Positions 21,981 to 31,027 of a stretch of 64,000 bases of DNA are shown here, one piece after another; the stretch's first letter is position 1; each line of letters opens with the position of its first letter. Position numbers and translations under genes: made by a program. The notes under the pieces are model-generated. The model was given only the letters and a program-made list of their open reading frames with translations. It did no database searches and had not been told where the DNA came from. This DNA comes from Candidatus Latescibacterota bacterium (lineage in GTDB: Bacteria > Latescibacterota > UBA2968 > UBA8231): assembly GCA_965248265.1 (NCBI GenBank), contig CBDFJF010000001.1, forward strand, positions 2,528,001-2,592,000, in the 5' to 3' direction.

Positions 21981-22468
21981 TACTCCTCTTCCGTCTCCTT
22001 CCAGATCGTCTCCACCGCGCCTGAAGCGGTCTCGGGATCGAAACCACGCCGGGCCAGCAACCCCATCATGCGCCGTCTTGCCCGGTCCCTATCAAGACTC
22101 AGGTAGCGGGCACTCTGCCGGCGCAGCAGATCCACGGCGGAAGCCTCAGACCCGGTCTGGTCGGCGTACTCCTCCAGCACGCGCTCGATCAGCTCCTTCT
22201 CGACGCCCCGACGTGCTAGCTCCGAGCGCAACCAGGGAGCGCCCGCCGGTTTGCGGTCGAGCTGCAATCCGACCCAACGCCGCGCCATGGCCTCATCGTC
22301 CAACAAACCGACCCGCAGTAGATCGGCCGTGACCTGATCGATTAGACCCGGCTCCCAGCCTTTGTGGCTGAGCCGTTGAGCAATCTCATGCACGGAACGG
22401 TCGCAGCTTTTGAGAAAACGCAGCGCCGCATTGCGGGCATCGTCGAAATCGGTGCTCCCTGCCTCCAT
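21980..22468 (-). CDS. recX: Regulatory protein RecX
   Basis: Directly after recA; GLLDD, EL..RGV and L.RRGF motifs. Confidence 0.88.
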
Positions 22469-23526
22469 TAAGTCTTCCCGTTCAACCCCAGTTCTTCGCG
22501 CAACCGACTCTCTATCGTCAATGCCGTCTCCGGGTGCTCACTCAAGAACAGACGCGCGTTCTCACGACCCTGTCCGAGCCGTTGCTCGCCATACGAAAAC
22601 CATGTTCCCGACTTCTCGATCACCCCCCGCTCCACGCCGATGTCGAGCAGATCGCCCTCGCGCGAAAGGCCAATGCTTTCCCCCTGGAAGAGGATGTCGA
22701 ACTCAGCCTGACGGTAGGGTGGAGCGAGCTTGTTCTTGACGACCTTTATTCGGGTACGGCTGCCAATCTCCTCTTCGCCGTCCTTGATACGGGCGATCCG
22801 GCGTATGTCCAGGCGCATTGATGCATAGAACCCCAGGGCTCGACCGCCAGTCGTCGTTTCCGGACTGCCGAACATGACCCCGATCTTCATGCGCAATTGA
22901 TTGATGAACACGACGCACGTCTGACTGCGATTGATCGAGCCTGTGAGTTTGCGCAGCGCCTGCGACATCAAGCGGGCGTGCAGACCCATGTGGGAGTCAC
23001 CCATGTCCCCGGCGAGTTCGGCCTGGGGCACTAATGCAGCCACTGAATCCAGCACGACAATGTCAAATGCGTTACTGCGCACCAGGGTGTCGATGATCTC
23101 CAACGCCTGCTCGCCACTGTCGGGTTGCGAGATGATGAGATCATCGATGTCGACGCCGATACGGCGGGCAAAGTTGACGTCCAGCGCATGCTCCGCATCG
23201 ATGAAGGCGGCGACTCCTCCCTTTTTTTGGGCTTCGCGCACGGCGTGAAGGGAAACCATCGTCTTTCCAGCACCCTCAGGACCGTAGATTTCGATGATGC
23301 GTCCCTTCGGGAAACCACCGATGCCAAGGGCGGCATCCAGTGCCAGTGAACCACTGCTGACGACTTCGACTTCGACCAGTTCGGGCTTGTCACCCAAACG
23401 CATGATCGCACCCTTGCCGTGCTGCTTCTCGATCTGGGACATCGCCAGTTCGAGGGCATTGTCGTCGGCCTTGTCGTCTTTCTTCGCGCCTTTTTTCCTA
23501 TTAGCTCCGTTGTCTCGATCTGCCAT
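22468..23526 (-). CDS. recA: Recombinase RecA
   Basis: [38 protein letters not shown] and GQGREN. Confidence 0.98.
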   Translation of the reverse strand: MADRDNGANRKKGAKKDDKADDNALELAMSQIEKQHGKGAIMRLGDKPELVEVEVVSSGSLALDAALGIGGFPKGRIIEIYGPEGAGKTMVSLHAVREAQKKGGVAAFIDAEHALDVNFARRIGVDIDDLIISQPDSGEQALEIIDTLVRSNAFDIVVLDSVAALVPQAELAGDMGDSHMGLHARLMSQALRKLTGSINRSQTCVVFINQLRMKIGVMFGSPETTTGGRALGFYASMRLDIRRIARIKDGEEEIGSRTRIKVVKNKLAPPYRQAEFDILFQGESIGLSREGDLLDIGVERGVIEKSGTWFSYGEQRLGQGRENARLFLSEHPETALTIESRLREELGLNGKT

Positions 23527-23571
23527 CAATTTGCTCTCAGTTACCGAGGTTATGTGTGCCTCTTTTGTGGC

Positions 23572-24102
23572 CTATTGGTGCGAAACCACCATCATGGCTC
23601 CGCCGAATTTGGTGAAGGCGATCAGCAGGCGCAGGATCAGCTGACCATAGACGCCTGCCGCCACATCATCGAGAACGATACCCCATCCGCCGGGAAGCTT
23701 CTCCAGCCACCGGCAGGGAGGCGGTTTGACGATATCCAGCAAGCGGAAGAGAAAAAAGCCGGCTATCGCGGTCCAGAATCCGTGGGGCAAAAACGCCACC
23801 GTCACCAGATAGCCGATGGCCTCGTCGATGACGACGACTCCCGGATCCTTCGCTTCCTCTGCACCCCTCTGCCGGCCAACGACCCTCGCCATGGATCCCG
23901 CAGTGTAGACGGCGATGCCGAAGATGACTGGCAGTAGCAGCCCCCAAGCCTCTGCTCCGAGCGCGGCACCAAACAGATAGTAGGCGAGGGCAATCACGGC
24001 CGTCCCCGCAGTCCCTGGGGCTATCGGGGAATAGCCGGAAAACAGGACGGTGGCCACGACCGTGCGTAGAAATCCGGCCCCTGATCTTAGAAAGCGCCCC
24101 AA
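23572..24102 (-). CDS. pgpA: Phosphatidylglycerophosphatase A
   Basis: APGTAGT, DPG.VVIDE, FRLLDIVKP and GIVLDD; start codon uncertain. Confidence 0.92.
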   Translation of the reverse strand: MGRFLRSGAGFLRTVVATVLFSGYSPIAPGTAGTAVIALAYYLFGAALGAEAWGLLLPVIFGIAVYTAGSMARVVGRQRGAEEAKDPGVVVIDEAIGYLVTVAFLPHGFWTAIAGFFLFRLLDIVKPPPCRWLEKLPGGWGIVLDDVAAGVYGQLILRLLIAFTKFGGAMMVVSHQ

Positions 24103-24163
24103 ACTATTGGAGGATATGCAGTTTGGTTGAGAGAGGTAACGGCGGCTCGGCCACCGCTGAGCC

Positions 24164-24793
24164 CTATCGGGGCTCGTTGTACGAGAATCCGCTACGCAGA
24201 AAATAATGCAAACCGGACAACAGCGTAAGGAAGAGGACGACCGCCATCAGCCCATTGGTAAACAGCGGCATCCAGGTGGCGTCCACGGGCAGGGGTATCA
24301 CCCAGTCGAAGCGTTGGACAATTTCCTGTAAGCCGATTAATAACAGTATGATGACGACGGTCAGCAGTTGAACCGTCGTCTTCCACTTGGCGAGCCTCGA
24401 GGTTTCCATTTGGCGGCCGTGATAAGCACCGCGCATCCGCATGCCCGTGATCAAGATGTCACGGACGATGATGGGGACGACCAACCAGAAGTGCACGATT
24501 CGGCCGACTACCAGCGCGATGAGAGCGGATGTCACCAGGATCTTATCCGCCAGGGGATCCATGAAACGCCCGAACTCGGTGACCGAATTCCGCGTTCTGG
24601 CGATTCGGCCATCGTAGAGATCCGTCAGCGAGGCGATGGAGAACACGACGACAGCCAGACTTCTGAGGTACCAGTCCTCTTCGAACAGGAGAACCAGGAA
24701 TACCGGCGTCAGGCAGATCCGCGAGATCGTCAGCGCGTTGGGGAGATTGAGTATGTCTCTTGTGACCAATGGCGTGCGCTCCGGCGATTCCAT
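24164..24793 (-). CDS. pgsA: CDP-diacylglycerol--glycerol-3-phosphate 3-phosphatidyltransferase
   Basis: NLPNALTISRI and D..DG.IAR.......GRFMDPLADK CDP-alcohol motif. Confidence 0.92.
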   Translation of the reverse strand: MESPERTPLVTRDILNLPNALTISRICLTPVFLVLLFEEDWYLRSLAVVVFSIASLTDLYDGRIARTRNSVTEFGRFMDPLADKILVTSALIALVVGRIVHFWLVVPIIVRDILITGMRMRGAYHGRQMETSRLAKWKTTVQLLTVVIILLLIGLQEIVQRFDWVIPLPVDATWMPLFTNGLMAVVLFLTLLSGLHYFLRSGFSYNEPR

Positions 24794-25396
24794 TCAGAAG
24801 GACTGGCGGCCTTCCAAAGCATGGGCAAGAGTGACTTTGTCCGCCAGATCGAGGTCCGATCCCATTGGCAGTCCCCGAGCCAGGCGCGTCACCTTGGTCG
24901 TGTCTCCCAGTTTCTGGAATATGTACTCGGCCGTGGCTTCACCCTCGGCCGAAGCGTTGAGAGCGAGAATGACCTCGCCTACCTGTTCCCTGCTCACGCG
25001 CTCGAGTAGCCGTGGAATGCGTAGATCGTCCGGACCCACACCATCCAACGGAGAGAGCGCGCCACCGAGAACATGGTAAGTCCCCCGAACCAGCTGGCTA
25101 CGCTCCAGCACCAGGACATCGCTGGCCTCCTCCACAACGCAAATCACCTGCCTGTCACGTTGTGGATCTCGGCACACGTGACACAGATCCTGGCTCTTGT
25201 CGGCGAAATTGTAGCACTGCGCGCAGTAGTGAATCTCATCACGGGCACGCACAATCGATGAGGCCAGGGCGTCAGCCTCGCCGCGGGGTGATTTGATGAC
25301 GAAAAATGCCAGGCGCTGAGCCGTCTTGCGGCCGATCCCCGGCAGTCGTGCAAACGCCGTCACCAGATCCTCGAGAGCGGTAGGTCCAATATTCAA
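24794..25396 (-). CDS. recR: Recombination mediator RecR
   Basis: LPGIGRKTAQR, C4 zinc finger, YHVLGG and EGEATA.Y. Confidence 0.97.
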   Translation of the reverse strand: MNIGPTALEDLVTAFARLPGIGRKTAQRLAFFVIKSPRGEADALASSIVRARDEIHYCAQCYNFADKSQDLCHVCRDPQRDRQVICVVEEASDVLVLERSQLVRGTYHVLGGALSPLDGVGPDDLRIPRLLERVSREQVGEVILALNASAEGEATAEYIFQKLGDTTKVTRLARGLPMGSDLDLADKVTLAHALEGRQSF

Positions 25397-27105
25397 ACCA
25401 GTTCCCCATCGAAGGTGTCCAGAACCGACTTCACCGTGGGGTCGACCTGCGAATCACTCTTGGCCGGGACCCCGCTTGGTTCGCCACCAGGTTTCTTATC
25501 GTTTGCACTGTGGGCTGCTTCTTCTGAGGAGCCGACCGAACATTGGACCCGTAACCTTGCCCCCAGAACCTGCTCGCACACCTCCTCGACAACGGTGCGA
25601 TTCTTCTCCACTTGACTCATGTTGAAGCGATCGGTCTCCTCGAACAGGATCCGTAAAACGGAACCCTCCACCGGCCCCGGTTGGCCCTCTTGTAGAAAAG
25701 AGCCGAGCGATCGTTGTTCCTGCCTCACACCCTCCACGATCCGTCCCCATGCATTCTTCACGGCCTGCCCGTCGATGGAGCCGGACTGCACCGGCGAGTC
25801 CGCTTCCGAAGCATCGGACGTGGCTGCGGCTGGGGGCACCGCCGGGGGCTGCTGGTCGACGACAGGCGGCTCCGACTGGCTCGCACGCTGTTGTGGGGGC
25901 GAAGCTGGCAGTGGATTCGGCTTTGAAGTATGCCGGGCTGTCGCTGGCGTGCGCGTTTGGGGTGGTTGTGCAGGCATAGCCTCCAACCTTCTCAACAGGG
26001 TAGCCACGTCGATGGCGCGACCCATCCGCGCCGCCCGCACCAGGGCGATCTCCACCCTGAACCGCGGCTGCGCCGATCGCCTCAGATCCGCTTCCAGGTC
26101 GAGTAGCATCTGCAGAATCCTCAGCAAATCTTCCTCGGCGAAGGTCTCTGCCGCCTCCACCAGGCGCTCCCGCTCGGCATCGGCCACCTCCAACTGTGCT
26201 CCCCCATCACCCTGAACCTTCACGGATAACAGATGCCGGCAATGTTCAGTGAATCCCCTGACGAACTCCTCGATATCGCCGCCCCCCTCCACAACTTGGG
26301 AGACAACCTCGAGCACCCGTGCCGATTCTCCTTCGGACAAGGCCTGACTCAGTTCGAAGAACGTGCGGCCGTCAACCAGACCCAGGACCTGCCTCACCCC
26401 GGGTTCGGATATGCGATCATGCTCGAAGGAAACGACCTGGTCCATCAGGCTCTCGGCATCCCGCAGGGCCCCATCGGCTCGTTGCGCCAACAGGTACAAG
26501 GCCTCCTCTTCCGCCTCGATGCCCTCGGCCTGTGCTATCGTTGATAGATGAGCGGCGATCGCGCTGGTTGGGATGCGCCGGAAATTGAAACGCTGACAGC
26601 GGGACAGAATGGTCTGCGGAACCTCCTGCACTTCCGTTGTCGCGAACACGAACACGACCCGCTCGGGAGGCTCTTCCAGTGTCTTCAGCAGCGCATTGAA
26701 TGCCGCCGTCGACAGCATATGCACTTCGTCAATGATGTAGATCTTGTGAGCTCCGCCAGTCGGGACATAGCGAACGACCTCACGCAACTCACGGACATCG
26801 TCGACGCTGTTGTTGGATGCCCCGTCGATCTCCAGAACATCCATGCTTGTACCTTCGGCTATACTCGTGCACGAAGGACACGCGTCACATGGATCCACTC
26901 CAGTCAGCTGTGAGCAGTTGAGCATCTTGGCCAGGATTCGCGCGGTCGTGGTCTTACCGGTACCACGCGGTCCGCAGAACAGGTAGCAGTGGGCGATGCG
27001 TCCTGTGGACACAGCATTGGACAACGTCGTCGTGATGTGGTCCTGCCCGACCACCTCCTTGAAGCGGCGTGGACGCCATTTACGTGCAGTTACCTGATAG
27101 TTCAC
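25393..27105 (-). CDS. dnaX: DNA polymerase III subunit gamma/tau
   Basis: ARKWRP, GPRGTGKTT, IIDEVHML, LKTLEEPP and SRCQ; GTG start at 27105. Confidence 0.96.
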   Translation of the reverse strand: MNYQVTARKWRPRRFKEVVGQDHITTTLSNAVSTGRIAHCYLFCGPRGTGKTTTARILAKMLNCSQLTGVDPCDACPSCTSIAEGTSMDVLEIDGASNNSVDDVRELREVVRYVPTGGAHKIYIIDEVHMLSTAAFNALLKTLEEPPERVVFVFATTEVQEVPQTILSRCQRFNFRRIPTSAIAAHLSTIAQAEGIEAEEEALYLLAQRADGALRDAESLMDQVVSFEHDRISEPGVRQVLGLVDGRTFFELSQALSEGESARVLEVVSQVVEGGGDIEEFVRGFTEHCRHLLSVKVQGDGGAQLEVADAERERLVEAAETFAEEDLLRILQMLLDLEADLRRSAQPRFRVEIALVRAARMGRAIDVATLLRRLEAMPAQPPQTRTPATARHTSKPNPLPASPPQQRASQSEPPVVDQQPPAVPPAAATSDASEADSPVQSGSIDGQAVKNAWGRIVEGVRQEQRSLGSFLQEGQPGPVEGSVLRILFEETDRFNMSQVEKNRTVVEEVCEQVLGARLRVQCSVGSSEEAAHSANDKKPGGEPSGVPAKSDSQVDPTVKSVLDTFDGELV

Positions 27106-27121
27106 GTTGTCTCGATTGCTG

Positions 27122-27206
27122 AATGGGCCGCCCACATCCGCTCTAAGGCTTTATTGATAAATGGGCCGCCCACATCCGCTCTAGGGCTACGATTGTGAAT
27201 GGGCCG
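27122..27206. repeat. 38-bp-period direct repeat (2 full copies plus 1 partial) at the SRP RNA 3' end
   Basis: AATGGGCCGCCCACATCCGCTCTA(A/G)GGCT at 27122 and 27160; AATGGGCCG at 27198. Confidence 0.9.
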
Positions 27207-27472
27207 TGCACCCATCTTCGATCCGCTGTCCATCCTCGCCCGGTGCCAGTTAGCTCCAGCCAGAAATCTCTGCGGCACACGCGATAGCTTTCCTACCGCT
27301 GCTACCTTCCGGTCCTGACGGAGTTCAGAAGCTTAACGTTGCGCAGAATCCAACCTTCAACACCACTTGACACTTTTTGAAGCTGGGCCAACTGGACCTA
27401 GGATGGGAATTCGATCCCGCTATAGCGGATTGCGGGTGCAGGGAACCGCTATCTCCCCATCTAGCACGACCC
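27201..27472 (-). ncRNA. ffs: Large bacterial SRP RNA with Alu domain (Bacillus scRNA-type)
   Basis: 5' GGGTCGTGCTAGATGGGGAGATAGCGGTTCCCTGCACCCGCAATCCGCT (Alu domain); helix 8 TCAGGACCGGAAGGTAGCAGC; 3' GTGCACGGCCC pairs with the 5' end; located upstream of dnaX. Confidence 0.93.
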
Positions 27473-27561
27473 GAAGTCGTAATTCACGGCTCTATCGTAA
27501 CAGTCTACGATGCTGTATCTGACATGGCCGAAAAAAACGGCTGGAAAGCAGTAAGTATAAA

Positions 27562-27637
27562 TGGTGGAGCAGATGGGAATCGAACCCACGACCTCCAGAT
27601 TGCGAACCTAGCGCTCTCCCAACTGAGCTACTGCCCC
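27562..27637 (-). tRNA. tRNA-Ala(CGC)
   Basis: GGGGCAG acceptor with G3:U70; anticodon loop TT-CGC-AA; GGTTCGATTCC; CCA end. Confidence 0.95.
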
Positions 27638-27713
27638 ACCAGTCCTTACTGCCACGCCGACTTGCTCTTGTGATACCTAGAATTTGGCTGTCGGCAGCCA
27701 CCAACACAACTAC

Positions 27714-27804
27714 TGGCGGAGAGAGAGGGATTCGAACCCTCGGTAGCGGGTTACGCTACACACGATTTCCAGTCGTGCACCTTCGGCCACTCGGTCATCT
27801 CTCC
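27714..27804 (-). tRNA. tRNA-Ser(GGA)
   Basis: Anticodon loop CT-GGA-AA, long variable arm and GCCA end. Confidence 0.95.
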
Positions 27805-27843
27805 ATTGATCCTGGACCCTACAGTTGAACTTGAGATAATTGT

Positions 27844-27933
<90 letters not shown>

Positions 27934-28006
27934 CCAAATGCTCACTCATCTCTTCTGCAATACGACCGCTTGCGGTCGTCGGCCGCTTGCGGTTAACGAC
28001 TGCTTG

Positions 28007-28561
28007 TCAGTCGCCCGACTGCTTGTGAGTCGTCCTTCTCAAGTCGGAGAAGAACCCCCGCAAGAGCTCCCCGCATTCCTGTTCCATGACGCCCGCCGCC
28101 ACTTCGCAGCTATGGTTCAACCTGGGATCCTGCACAAGATTGCGGAGGGAGCCGCAGGCGCCTGTTTTTGGATCGAAAGCTCCGAATACCAGACGCGACA
28201 ATCTGGCAAGTACGATCGCCCCGGCGCACATGGCACAGGGTTCGAGCGTCACGTAGAGTGTAGCGCCGGTCAAATGGCGTGAACCTGTCCGGGTTGCGGC
28301 CTGTCGAATCGCCACCATCTCGGCGTGGGCGGTAGGGTCTTGCGACATCTCCGTCGCGTTCGAACCAGATCCCACGACGATCCCATCCTGGACTACGACT
28401 GCGCCTACTGGCACCTCGCGGGCTGTCTCCGCTGCCCTCGCCTCGGCCAGCGCCAGTCGCATGCCGTGGAGCTCGCTGGTGACCGCTTCGACTGCCTCGA
28501 CGTCAGCGGATGCCTCTACCGTGTCGGTACGGGTGCTACTCCTGTGTACAGGGGAGTCCAA
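28007..28561 (-). CDS. tadA: tRNA adenosine(34) deaminase
   Basis: EVPVGAV, DPTAHAE, TLEPCAMC and DPKTGA. The start is uncertain (TTG 28561 or ATG 28462). Confidence 0.93.
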   Translation of the reverse strand: MDSPVHRSSTRTDTVEASADVEAVEAVTSELHGMRLALAEARAAETAREVPVGAVVVQDGIVVGSGSNATEMSQDPTAHAEMVAIRQAATRTGSRHLTGATLYVTLEPCAMCAGAIVLARLSRLVFGAFDPKTGACGSLRNLVQDPRLNHSCEVAAGVMEQECGELLRGFFSDLRRTTHKQSGD

Positions 28562-28592
28562 TCCGCTCGATCTTCCCTTCAAAAGTGGTCTA

Positions 28593-28621
28593 AATATAAC
28601 GGGCTGTGATAGTACGAACAA
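28593..28621 (-). promoter_or_regulatory. Putative sigma70 promoter for tadA and the tRNAs
   Basis: Minus strand TTGTTC-N17-TATATT. Confidence 0.45.
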
Positions 28622-28635
28622 GACGGATCAAGCGC

Positions 28636-29064
28636 TCAGAACTGCCGCTCGAAGTGCTCATTGGGCAACAGCGGTGTCTCCCGGCGAATCCAGTATGATT
28701 CCGATGAATTCGAGGCGTTTCGAGATTCGCGTTCGAGTGGATCACGCCGAAAGAGGCGCATGACCAGACCGATTGGAGTGAAAACCACGTAGAACACGAG
28801 GGCCAAAAGCAGGTGACTGTTGACGAAGCCCAGGAATCCGCCAATGACCATCCAGACTTTGTAGAACGGCAGCAGAGCGCGCTTCCAGGTGAGGGCTGCG
28901 AGGCTGAAAACGGCTGCTGCCGAGATCAGCCGCAGCGCCAGATCTTGAGAGCCCTTGTACCATGCAAGCCCTGCCAGCAGCGTCGCTGCCACGGCCATGA
29001 TCAAGCCGAATTTACTTAGCTCGCCGTCCGTGGGCGATGCGACCAACCAGAATCTGGCGTTCAC
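28636..29064 (-). CDS. SxtJ-family membrane protein
   Basis: L..FGL, three TM segments, W...G..LG.VNS..LL..VFY...TPIGL..R...RDPL, SYWI and ..RQF end; follows a carbamoyltransferase. Confidence 0.85.
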   Translation of the reverse strand: MNARFWLVASPTDGELSKFGLIMAVAATLLAGLAWYKGSQDLALRLISAAAVFSLAALTWKRALLPFYKVWMVIGGFLGFVNSHLLLALVFYVVFTPIGLVMRLFRRDPLERESRNASNSSESYWIRRETPLLPNEHFERQF

Positions 29065-29092
29065 GGCTGCCGTTCCACGAATGGGGGAGGGC

Positions 29093-30922
29093 TTAGTCCA
29101 GCTCGAACTCTTCCTGCCATTTTCCGTCTTCCTCCCAGCTGGGCTGGTCCTGCTTGTTCAACAGGAAGTTCCCCAATACGAGGCAGTCCATCTCGGTGCG
29201 CATGAAGCAACGATAGGCGTCCTCGAGGGTGTTGACGATCGGCTCCCCCCGGACGTTGAAAGAAGTGTTGACGACGAGGGGACAGCCGGTGAGGCTGTTG
29301 AAGGCCTGAATCAGGTCGTAGTACATAGGGTTGTCCTGCCGCGAAACCGTCTGGATTCGAGCCGAGTAGTCGACGTGGGTGACGGCCGGAATGCTCGACC
29401 GCGGAACGTTCAGCTTGTCGATGCCAAAAAGGGCGTTCTCGGTCTCACTCATGGCAACCTGATGGTTCTCGTTGACCTGGGCAACCTGCAGCATGTAAGG
29501 AGAGTCGTCGTCGAGCTCGAAGTACTCACGCACGTGCTCGCGCAGAACGCTGGGGGCGAACGGACGGAAGCTCTCCCGGAACTTGATTTTCAAGTTCATC
29601 TGTGACTGCATCTGGGACGAGCGCGGATCCCCAAGTATGCTGCGCCCACCCAGCGCCCGCGGCCCGAATTCCATGCGGCCGTGAAACCAACCCAACACCT
29701 TGCCCTCACTCAGGGCCTGCGCCGCCTGCAAGGGCAGTTGCTCGTCACTCAACGCCTCGCCCACGGCTCCCGTCTGATCGAGGTACTCACGGATCTCGAC
29801 CTCTCCGTATTCGGGTCCCAGCAGTGCCGCACTCATTGCATCCCGGCTATCCTCTTCTGCGACGATCCTCTCGTTGCCGTGATAGCGGTACCAGACCGAC
29901 AGGGCAGCCCCGACCGCGCCACCGGCGTCGCCAGCGGCCGGTTGGATCCACATGCGTTCGAATGGCCCGTCCCGCAGTATGCGGCCGTTGCCGACGCAAT
30001 TGAGAGCCACACCCCCCGCCATGCACAGATTGCGGTACCCAGTCTCCGCGTGGACGGTGCGGGCCATACGCAGCATGGCTTCTTCCGTTACCCACTGACA
30101 GGATCGTGCGATGTCCATCTCACGTTGCGTCAACGGTGTTTCCGGTTTCCGAGCCGGACCGTCCAGGAGCTCCGCCATGTGACGGGAGGTCATCGTCAAC
30201 CCGGACAGGTAATTGAAGTACTTCATATTGAGACGGAACGAGCCGTCCTCTTTGAGATCTACAACCTCCTCAAGAATGCGATCCACGTACTTGGGCTCGC
30301 CGTAGGGTGCCAGCCCCATGACCTTGTATTCGCCCGAGTTGGGCTTGAAGCCGGTGAAATAGGTGAAGGCGGTGTAGAGCAGGCCCAGCGAATGAGGAAA
30401 CTTGATCTCGGCCAGTGTGTGAATATCGGCGCCAGATCCATAGCCAAAACTCGTCGTCGTCCACTCGCCGACCCCGTCCAACGTCAGAATCGCCGCTTCC
30501 CGGAAAGGGGACGGATAGAACGCGCTGGCGGCATGTGATTCGTGGTGCTCGCCGAACAAGACCTGCACGTCTTCGCCGAGCTCTTTTTGGATCAGCTGCG
30601 GGATCCACAGCTTTTTCTTCAGCCACACCGCCATCGATTTCCAGAACAAGCGCAGACCGAGAGGAGCCGTGGACAGGTGCGTTTCGAGCAAGCGCTCGAA
30701 GGTGAGCAAGGGCTTGTCGTAGAACGCGACGCATGTCAGATCCTTTGCACCGATGCCGGCCTGTTGCATGCAGAATTGCACTGCGTTCGCCGGAAACGCG
30801 GGATCGTGCTTTATGCGGGTGAAGCGTTCTTCCTGTGCGGCGGCTACGATTTCGCCATCGCGAACCAGGCACGCAGCGCTGTCGTGGTAGAATGCGGAAA
30901 TACCGAGGATGTAGGTGGCCAT
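29093..30922 (-). CDS. NodU/CmcH-family O-carbamoyltransferase
   Basis: ILGISAFYHDSAA, EERFTR.KH, HHESHAAS, GEYKVMGLAPYG, GGVALNC, EFGPRALG and NTSFN; ATG at 30922. Confidence 0.95.
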   Translation of the reverse strand: MATYILGISAFYHDSAACLVRDGEIVAAAQEERFTRIKHDPAFPANAVQFCMQQAGIGAKDLTCVAFYDKPLLTFERLLETHLSTAPLGLRLFWKSMAVWLKKKLWIPQLIQKELGEDVQVLFGEHHESHAASAFYPSPFREAAILTLDGVGEWTTTSFGYGSGADIHTLAEIKFPHSLGLLYTAFTYFTGFKPNSGEYKVMGLAPYGEPKYVDRILEEVVDLKEDGSFRLNMKYFNYLSGLTMTSRHMAELLDGPARKPETPLTQREMDIARSCQWVTEEAMLRMARTVHAETGYRNLCMAGGVALNCVGNGRILRDGPFERMWIQPAAGDAGGAVGAALSVWYRYHGNERIVAEEDSRDAMSAALLGPEYGEVEIREYLDQTGAVGEALSDEQLPLQAAQALSEGKVLGWFHGRMEFGPRALGGRSILGDPRSSQMQSQMNLKIKFRESFRPFAPSVLREHVREYFELDDDSPYMLQVAQVNENHQVAMSETENALFGIDKLNVPRSSIPAVTHVDYSARIQTVSRQDNPMYYDLIQAFNSLTGCPLVVNTSFNVRGEPIVNTLEDAYRCFMRTEMDCLVLGNFLLNKQDQPSWEEDGKWQEEFELD

Positions 30923-31027
30923 CGTGCTTGCGTCGTCCCACTCTTGACGATGTGCGGCGCACCCGTCATACTTTTTTCGTTCGAAGAAACGATCAATGCC
31001 GAATAAAAATAACACCATACGGCGATA

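Noticed and set aside
25393-27105. Programmed frameshift in dnaX
   Set aside because: No A-AAA-AAG or long poly-A slippery site was seen on the coding strand.
27122-27206. CRISPR array
   Set aside because: Only two full repeats, 9-bp spacers and no cas genes; reported as a plain repeat.
28636-30922. Saxitoxin biosynthesis cluster
   Set aside because: Only SxtI/SxtJ-like homologs, which are widespread; no sxtA, sxtG or other pathway genes.
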